From the NCBI RefSeq assembly GCF_041146345.1, contig NW_027191413.1, positions 620,001 through 684,000 of the forward strand: a DNA stretch of 64,000 nt, read 5' to 3'. Numbering within the stretch: position 1 is the first letter of the stretch; every line of letters starts with the position of its first letter. Under the pieces are notes generated by a model. It saw only the letters and a program-made list of their open reading frames with translations, was not told the DNA's origin and made no database searches. Origin of the DNA: Neodothiora populina. Its lineage: Eukaryota. This document shows, piece by piece, positions 55,914 to 64,000 of this stretch. The position numbers and the translations under genes were made by a program.

Positions 55914-56528
55914 TCATCCCTCTTTCTTCCCCCGACCTCTCTCAATCCTCGCATTACTCTTCTCCTGCCATCTCCGCACACTCTCACCCATCTTCGGCTC
56001 CAATTCGAACCTTGTCCCTGCCCAGCGGCAGATGTCCAGGATTCTCTCGTAGTCGGCTTTCCAGTAGAGTTCTCCGACCGCGGCGGTGACGAGCTGGAAT
56101 TGTTTGCGGTCTAGTTTGTTCTCTTGATCTTCTGATGGCGGTGGGTTTTCTGTGGTCGCGAACGCGGAATGGGATGATTGGAAGGGTGGGTCGAAATGTG
56201 TCAATTGCTTCCATATCTGCGTGCACGACGACTAGTGTCAGCAAAGTCCAAACAAATCCACGGAAAATATAAATCAATCCAGAGTAGGAAGAAGGAAGAA
56301 AAAGAAAAAGAAAAAGAAACTCACGTCGCCCCCATCAATCTTGGCATCGTAGCCGTCTTTCTCCTTCTGGAAATCATCCTCGGTCTGGAACGTCCTGGCT
56401 TCTTTGGCGCTCTTCTTCTCTTCGGCGGTCAGAGAGATTTCTTGATCTGTCGCGGCTGCTCTCGCATAGTCGTCTGCTGATATCTCTAGATCGAGGAGTT
56501 CCGGGTCGGCAGGTGCGGCTGTGGACAT
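55914..56528 (-). CDS. Conserved-looking fungal hypothetical protein, 2 exons
   Basis: Intron 56217-56324 (GTGAGT..GCTGAC..CAG) joins two ORFs in frame: RTFQTEDDFQKEKDGYDAKIDGGD|IWKQL...LDRKQFQLVTAAVGELYWKADYER. Confidence 0.7.
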
Positions 56529-57234
56529 TTTTCTTTCTTCGCTTTGCTCTTGACCGGAATACTCTTTTCCTGAGTTTTTCTTGTTTCTCGTATGCGCCTC
56601 GACCTGATACTATATCCGGATCCTCGGGGGGGAGGGAACAAACGCCGGACGAGCGAGAGCTTTGTCTGATCTGCTTGTTGCTTGTTTCTTTGCTGCTGAG
56701 GCTCTGCGGAAGGAAGATCGTCGTCGCTCAATCGTCGTCTTTTCTCCGCAATTATCTATTCTTTACCGAGATCGAGCTAGGGCCAATATTTGCCCAAATT
56801 ATAGGTGCAGACTACAGCACCAACATCAATAGAGGCCTGGTATTCTTTGACAAGCAAGGACCTGCCTTGACAAGCAAAGATACGAAGTTTGTGTTGACAT
56901 CTATCCGGTTTCAGTTCATCGTATTACATAAGTACATAAGCTGCAGCAACATTTCAATGGCGCAGGTTGTTGTACAACAACCGAACCGAGATCGAGTCAC
57001 TTGTAGGCGTCAAAGCACCGTAACACTTTGATGATCAATCAGTACATAGCAAGGATTAGTCTTCAATGGACTACATTTGGTAAAACTATTCATACAATCG
57101 AGGCTTATGCGCCCGAAGAGTTAAAAAAGTTGAAACCACCACTCCGCGGCTTAAAACTAATTGATAGGGAAAAGCGAGACATCTGATGCTTCATTCTCAT
57201 GCTCGTGTCAAGACATTAAATCGAGGCGACTAGC

Positions 57235-57881
57235 TTAGTCGAAAGGGTTGGTGCGGGTTCCCCAGTAGGTGAGGAACATGGAGAGACCGACGGTCTCGAA
57301 GATGCGGGCAAGAGCGCCGACAGCGACGGTGTCGAGGGGACGCTTCTCGGTGGCGATCTGGGCAATGAACTGATTTGATTTGTTAGTACAGACTGCTCTC
57401 AAAAGTCAAAAGTCATGAATAAACTTACAGAAGGAGCGGAGCTGGCCATGAAGATGAGAGCACCCATGTATGCAGCGCCCTTGTAGCTGAGGGTACCGGT
57501 GGCGTTCAGGAGAGCGCCAACACCGTACGATTGAACGGCGGAGCCGATGAGGGAAGTTCCCCAGGCGGTGGCAGCAGAGGCGGCCTCCTTGGACTTGAAA
57601 AACTCCTCCTTGGAGTTGGCAGCCTGGGCCTGACGGTAGGTGTCACCGAAAACGGGTCCGAGGACGGCGAGCGAGGCAACGTGGTTGAAGGCAGTGCCGA
57701 GGGCAATGGCCGAAGGCTTGACGGGAGGAAGGTCTGATTGATCGGGTCAGTCATCTTGCAGTCTCTCACGATGGAGACAGATCCATTGACTGTCCAACAG
57801 CAATGGCCCAAGCCGGGAGCTTGCTGGAGGACAACAGAAGGACAAGTCGAAGGGAAAAAGTAGCTTACAGCTGAGAGACAT
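57235..57881 (-). CDS. Small multi-pass membrane protein (DUF1761-like), 3 exons; not in the ORF track
   Basis: Manual splice (introns 57734-57868 and 57370-57428) gives MSLSYLPPVKPSAIALGTAFNHVASLAVLGPVFGDTY...GSAVQSYGVGALLNATGTLSYKGAAYMGALIF...EKRPLDTVAVG...WGTRTNPFD; strong C-ending codon bias. Confidence 0.75.
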
Positions 57882-59323
57882 TGTGAATGTAGGTGTTTGT
57901 GTGAAGGTTGGAAGATTTGAGATGGATGGATGTCGATTGTAGATAGAACAAGTGAATTGAGAAGAGAAAAAGCTATTTACTTCAGGGGGAGGAGGTGCGG
58001 TTTTGCGTATCCGTGGGTGGAGCGTAGCTGTCCTCACGTCATCGTACGGTATGCTCCAACCACGTCATTCTTATTGGAGCTTGGCGATCATGCGATCGAG
58101 AAACTGGGGGAATGCCCCTAAGCCCCTCCTCGATTCGACCAAGAAATGGGGCTGCGGCGTCACTGGCGGAACTGATTCACCACTTCCGCCAGTCCAGAAG
58201 CTGGATAGCGCGTCGAAACAGGCTCTTCATGTGGACCGTTCGTTCACCACTTACCTAGGTTGCCTGTCATCACTGCGCTTCTACTTGCCGCTTCGACGTT
58301 GTGGCCTGCTATTTCACTCATACATCATTTCTCCCTCGATCCCGGGTACTGTATGTACTGTACCATGTGGCACTTTCTCGACTGTCCACACATCGCTTCG
58401 TATTACCCGCGTCTATCTGCCAGCGCAGCTTCGTACTCATTACGGCAATATGTCTAAGCTTCAGGCTCTATTTGCGCCTCTTCCATTTCCTGTTGCTATG
58501 GTTTCCATGCCTTGTCATGTTTACTGACAATGTGGGTAGCTCTCCTCTTGGCGAGGAGGGGAGGCCCAGAACAGTCTGATGTAGACCGCGAGAAACGAAC
58601 GTGGTTTTATTCCTTGTTTCATGTACCTGTGATTACCTTCTGAATGATTTCAAAGTGTAGGAGAGCGCACATGGTGTCTCCCCATGTAATTATGCATCGC
58701 TTTCAAGCGATAGAGGCAGAGATCCCTCTTTATATCTTGGTCCTCGTCGTTGAGCAGCCATCTACTATAGCTGAGGTACGAGAGAAGCTCATGGCGCAAC
58801 ACGTAATTTCGGGAGAATAAGATGAGCCGTACGTTGTGACCTGTAAACAAGAACAATGGACAAGGTAAACACCTTATGTTTAATCAATAATCTCGCTTTT
58901 GGTCACATTGATAAACAACTTTTGCTACTGCTACTGATCCACGTGCTGTGTGCTTTATCTCATGCACACACAATAAAAACCTCACTCGAGATTCCTGAAA
59001 GGTACGAATACAGGTAGTTCTATCGTTCCGCATGCCCCGGGGTTTGTTGACATCGTCTTGGCGGTGACTTCCCTAACGAGCGTATACCACTCAAGGAGTG
59101 CCATGTGCTGTAGGTAGGTAAGGATGCGGGTAGATATTATTGTTTCATATTATATCCTGTGCTACTTGAAATCATCCAAAGAACATCCATCAGTAACCAG
59201 CGGCCACATTCCTAATACACCTAAACCCTTGCAACAGTTCTTTGAAACATTACCTATTCAGCTGATTTGTCCCTTGTGGATAAACTCCTGTTTTCATACG
59301 ACATAAGCACTCCAGCAATCATC

Positions 59324-59968
59324 ATGATTCCCCAGCAGAAAGTGATCATCATTGTTCTCTGTCTCCTCACCATATTAGTAGCAGCCGCACCTCCAGCATG
59401 CCTACTTGCAGCAGTCGGGAATCAAAGCACACCCTCTGACCTAGAGGCCGTCTGTGGCAATGCAAAATCCATAGAGTCAACCCTGTCCAGCACGTGCGGT
59501 GAAAATGTCCAAGCAGCCGTCGTCGCGTTCTCGAGTATCTGTTCGATTGCTGGTATGAGTGTGTGTAAGTACACGTGGACGTGACTCGATTTTGGTTGAG
59601 ACGAGAAAGCTAAGCCTTAGATTTCAGCGACGTCTGCATCTTCACTTTCATCTTCGAGAGGGTCATCGTCCGAGCCAAGTGACACTGTCAGCACATCTCA
59701 AATGTCGACATCACACGCATCGTCGTCAGCCTCGGGGCACGCAAGCAGTAGCAGTGATGCGACATCCAGCCCTTCAAGATCTGGCGGATCGGCTACTCCT
59801 ACCTCAAATCTATCAGCTTCACCTACGACCGCAACGACTGCTGCCACCAATACTGCCAATAGCGCCTCCTCGACGACTTCTGGTCAAACAGGTGCAGCGG
59901 CACAAGTTGTCAGATGCGGACTTTGTCTTTTGGGGACTATAGCCGCATTTATGATCTTAGTGTTGTGA
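59324..59968 (+). CDS. Secreted, probably GPI-anchored Cys-domain + Ser/Thr-rich cell-surface protein, 2 exons
   Basis: Signal peptide, PPACLLAAVG...C...C...FSSIC..AG domain, intron 59565-59627, S/T-rich stalk, GAA and a hydrophobic C-terminus. Confidence 0.75.
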
Positions 59969-60340
59969 GATGGCTATGGCAGAGTCGCAGATCGAGTGTC
60001 GAGGTACGCTCGTGAAGTCATGGCATTCGGCGAGGAGGCGCTATTGGCAGTCTGGCTTGGGCATGGTTCATGGTAGCAAGGCGTTCCGGGCGTGTTAACA
60101 TGATACAGTTGGATTGTGGTAGACAGACGCCAATAAGCCTTGCCCAAAGTAGCATTAGTAATTGGCGATATCGGACTGGTCATCCCCAGAACTTCGGGCG
60201 AACTTTTTGCGGAGATGGCGAAAGCGGGAGATCTACTGGCTGCATTACAGTATTTCACGAAAACATCGCGAATCACAGGATTTTTGCTTGTGGTGGATTA
60301 TATCACACAGCTCAGTCCATTCCAATTCCTATTCATAATA

Positions 60341-62877
60341 ATGGCGGGAACGCAGGCGTTCCGTACGGGCAGATTGCCTGCTATCAAGGTAAACAATCCG
60401 CACTTGAAGAGAAACAAATCGTAACAAATTCGCTTATACCCGAGTTACAGTCATTGAGCCTCGCCTCTTCCCTACGCGGACCTGCTGTTGCTCGCAGAAA
60501 CCTTGCCACTGCTGCCGATGCTGCAACCACTCAGGCTGCCTCGAACCTGGCCATTCGCACTCCTCCATACCCCAAATTGCTCCGGAAACTCAGTGAAGTG
60601 CGACGGGTTCTCCCAAGTCGAGCCCTCACTCTCGCCGAGAAGATCCTCTACTCGCATCTCGAGTCACCCGAAGAGTCCTTATTGACCGGAACCAACAATG
60701 GCGCCGACATCCGCGGCAAGGCCAACCTCAAGCTCAAGCCTGATCGGGTTGCCATGCAAGACGCATCTGCTCAGATGGCTCTCCTGCAGTTCATGTCCTG
60801 CGGTCTCCCTTCCACCGCCGTCCCCGCCAGTATTCACTGTGATCACATGATTGTCGGAGAAAGAGGTGCTGACACGGATCTGCCCAACGGCATCCAGGGA
60901 AACAAGGAGGTCTTTGACTTCCTCGAGAGCGCAGCTAAGAAGTACGGAATCGAGTTCTGGCCTCCCGGTGCTGGAATCATTCATCAGAGTGTGCTCGAGA
61001 ACTACAGTGCGCCTGGTCTCATGATGCTCGGCACAGACAGTCACACGCCCAATGCTGGTGGTCTCGGCGCTATTGCCATTGGTGTTGGTGGTGCGGATGC
61101 TGTCGACGCCCTTGTCGACTCTCCTTGGGAACTCAAGGCCCCTAAGATTCTCGGTGTCAAGCTCGAGGGTCAGCTATCAGGCTGGACGAGTCCCAAGGAC
61201 GTTATTTTGCATCTTGCCGGTCTCTTGACTGTTCGTGGCGGCACTGGTTTCCTCATCGAGTATTTCGGACCCGGTGTCGACACTCTCAGCTGCACTGGTA
61301 TGGCCACTATCTGCAACATGGGTGCTGAAGTCGGCGCGACTACTTCCATCTTCCCCTTCTCCCAGGCTCACATTCCTTACCTCGAAGCCACACACCGTGG
61401 TCCTATCGCCTTGGCCGCTCAGACCATCGCCAGCTCTCCCGGTCCCCACAACTTGCTTCGCGCAGACTCTGGAGCTCAGTACGACGAGGTCGTCACCATC
61501 AACCTGAGCGAACTCGAGCCTCACATCAACGGTCCCATGACTCCCGATCTTTCCACTCCCTTGTCCAAGTTCAAGGACACCGTCAAGGCTAACCAATGGC
61601 CTGAGACTTTCGGTGCCGGTCTCATCGGCTCATGTACCAACTCTTCTTACCAGGACATGACCCGCGCAGAGTCTCTGGTGAAGCAAGCCGCCGCTGCCGG
61701 CCTCGAGCCAAAGGCGGACTTCTTCATCACTCCCGGGTCCGAGCAAATCCGTGCCACACTCGACAGAGACAGCACCCTGGATACCTTCAGCGGCGCCGGT
61801 GGCATCATCCTCGCCAATGCCTGTGGCCCTTGCATCGGCATGTGGAAGAGAACGGACGGAGTGGAGAAGGGCGTCAACAATGCCATCTTCACTTCCTACA
61901 ACCGCAACTTCAGAGGTCGTAACGACGGTAACGTCAAGACGATGAACTTCCTTGCTTCCCCTGAGCTCGTCACCGCCATGTCGTACGCCGGAAGCACTAC
62001 CTTCAACCCAATGACAGACTCTATCCCTCTTCCTGATGGCAAGGGTGAGTTCAAGTTCGAGCCTCCCACCGGCAAGGATCTACCGTCATTAGGTTTCGCC
62101 CAGGGTAACCCTCTCTTCATGCCTACTCCCGGAAAGCCCGATCCCTCGGCTGAGGTCAAGGTCGATCCCTCATCCGACCGTCTCGCCATTCTCGAACCCT
62201 TTTCGCCATTCCCCGAATCCGAACTCGAAGGTCTCCGCGTCCTCGTCAAGGTCAAGGGCCAATGCACAACCGACACCATCTCCGCCGCCGGACCTTGGTT
62301 GAAATACAAAGGGCACCTGCCCAACATTGCCGAGAACACACTGATCGGCGCCATCAACGCCGAGACCGGCGAGACCAACACCGTCTACGACATCAACGAC
62401 ACCACCTCGCGCTCCAACGGCATGGGCATCCCCGAGCTCGCCAAGAAGTGGAAGACAGAAGGCAAAGAGTGGCTCGTAGTCGCCGAGCACAACTACGGCG
62501 AGGGATCCGCGCGCGAACACGCCGCTCTGCAACCGCGCTACCTCGGCGGCCGCATCATCCTGACCAAGTCCTTTGCGCGCATCCACGAGACGAATCTCAA
62601 GAAACAAGGCGTCGTGCCACTGACCTTTGTCAGCGAAAACGACTACGACAAGATGGACGCCTGCGACGAAGTCCGAACCGAGGGCCTGTTGGATGTTCTC
62701 AAGTCCGGCGGTCAGGGATCCGTTACTATCGTTGTCAAGAAGAGCGACGGCAGCGAGGTCACTATCCCCACCAAGCACACGCTATCAGACACGCAGTGCG
62801 CGTTCATCCTCGCGGGCAGTGCACTGAATCTGTTGGCCGCCAAGGCCTCCAAGGGCGCCGCCGCCGCTGCCGTGTAA
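60341..62877 (+). CDS. ACO2: Mitochondrial aconitase-family hydratase, Aco2 (homocitrate dehydratase) type, 2 exons
   Basis: Presequence MAGTQAFRTGRLPAIK|SLSL..RRNLAT (intron 60389-60450); DRVAMQDASAQMALLQF, SIHCDH, GTDSHTPN, IGSCTNSSY, NACGPCIG, TTDTISAAGPWL, NYGEGSAREHAAL. Confidence 0.9.
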
Positions 62878-63777
62878 AAAGAGAAGAAAAAGAAATGGAT
62901 TGTCTGACACAGAAAACAGCGTTCAGTCGTATATTTCGTCATGAGCACAAACAAGAGAGGTTGCATGTTCTGGCCTACCTACACAAAAATAAAAGGAAGA
63001 AGAAGAACGACTTTTACAGAAGTTTGTACCCACAGAGCGATTCTCTGGGAAAGGGGACCTAGAATGAAATGTATATATATGTGCAGAGTTTCTTTCCCCC
63101 TTTCTTTCGCCTCAGAGAGAAATGTGCGCAACGAAACACACGGAAATGGCTTGAGCGAGGAAAGTGAGTGAGGTGATGCATCCTAGAAGCAAGGCACGCT
63201 GCGCAGTGTACTGTAGCAGTGCGATGGTTTACTAGGCTTCGATCCGACGGGACTGGACTCGACTCGACTCGACTGGGTTTCTCGGGCTTTAGTCTCATGC
63301 CTACCTCACCTTATTTTACATGTTTTGCCTTGCCTAAGGTACCTTGACTTACATGCAGATTATCTAGTACTTGCACAGACAGGTACACACTCACAGACGA
63401 CGCGACATGACCTAGCCCCACTCTCCTCTGCTCTCTTCTGCTTTTCTTCGTACTTGAAAGTTCATTGAGAGTAAAAGAGTATCATTTTCCATTTCCACAT
63501 TATCATAATCTCGAAAACCAAGAAATCCCCTTTTCAGCACCACGCCAGAGAGGGTCAGCAGCTTTTCCTTCCTTCTGCGTATCAATGCACCTTGACGAAT
63601 GCCCGACTTTTTGTTCGAATTGCAGATTCCTTCCTATCATGTGTGCGGCCGTGTCTAGGGGGGGGGGCTGAGATCGGTCGTCGCGCTGAGCTTCATCATT
63701 TGTCTGCCATCTGACGGCCAGCCGCCAGTGCCGTGCTTGCTGTTATCCCGCGTCGTTGGCGGATCAGGCAAAGCAGA

Positions 63778-64000
63778 TTAGACGTTCAGAGGCTCGGCCA
63801 ACATCCAGGGTGTCTCGCCTGCTGTCGTAGCCTCGGCGGCGCGCGGGCCCTCAGTCGACGCCGAACTTGGTTGTTCTGCGCCCGTCCTTCTTGCGGCCCT
63901 GTCGGGTCTTGGCACTGACGTTGACGAGGTATTGCGCGCCTGGGCATGTTCGGTTTCCGTCTCGGTTGCGTCGGCGTCTGTGTCTGCTGCATGCTGCTCC
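63778..64000 (-). CDS. Possible 3' end of a gene entering from beyond the window
   Basis: Frame open from the window edge: EQHAADTDADATETETEHAQ...GETPWMLAEPLNV*; GC-rich; no recognisable domain. Confidence 0.3.
   Translation of the reverse strand, partial: EQHAADTDADATETETEHAQARNTSSTSVPRPDRAARRTGAEQPSSASTEGPRAAEATTAGETPWMLAEPLNV

Noticed and set aside
60070..60340. N-terminal extension of the 935-aa aconitase ORF
   Set aside because: A better model uses ATG 60341 plus intron 60389-60450, which gives a normal mitochondrial presequence.

Overview
Gene-dense region of a filamentous ascomycete (Pezizomycotina) nuclear genome. The assignment is inferred from short introns with CTRAY branch points and from the protein families present. 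About 30 protein-coding genes can be modelled by eye. Most are conserved housekeeping genes: AHC1-like, two PPR proteins, CWF18, SPX/VTC-like, zinc knuckle, R3H/SUZ, MIC12, MRPL8, UTP25, eIF3f, TAF13, RAD52, LTO1, MES1, RSM25, a short RecQ, IGO1, SFM1, MYG1, MLH3 and an ACO2-type aconitase. A few fast-evolving genes are interspersed (BTB, F-box/LRR, a Cys-motif orphan, a GPI-anchored protein). No transposon, tRNA, rRNA or CRISPR array was recognised. The most unusual observation is a ~200-aa in-frame insertion, apparently two tandem degenerate KH-like folds, inside mitoribosomal protein RSM25/mS23. Other observations: a candidate three-exon 41-aa microprotein, two GC-AG introns needed to restore conserved motifs, a 47-bp tandem duplication that makes an SFM1 intron 3n and stop-free, and a likely two-start MYG1. 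All family calls come from motif recognition by eye; no database search was run.
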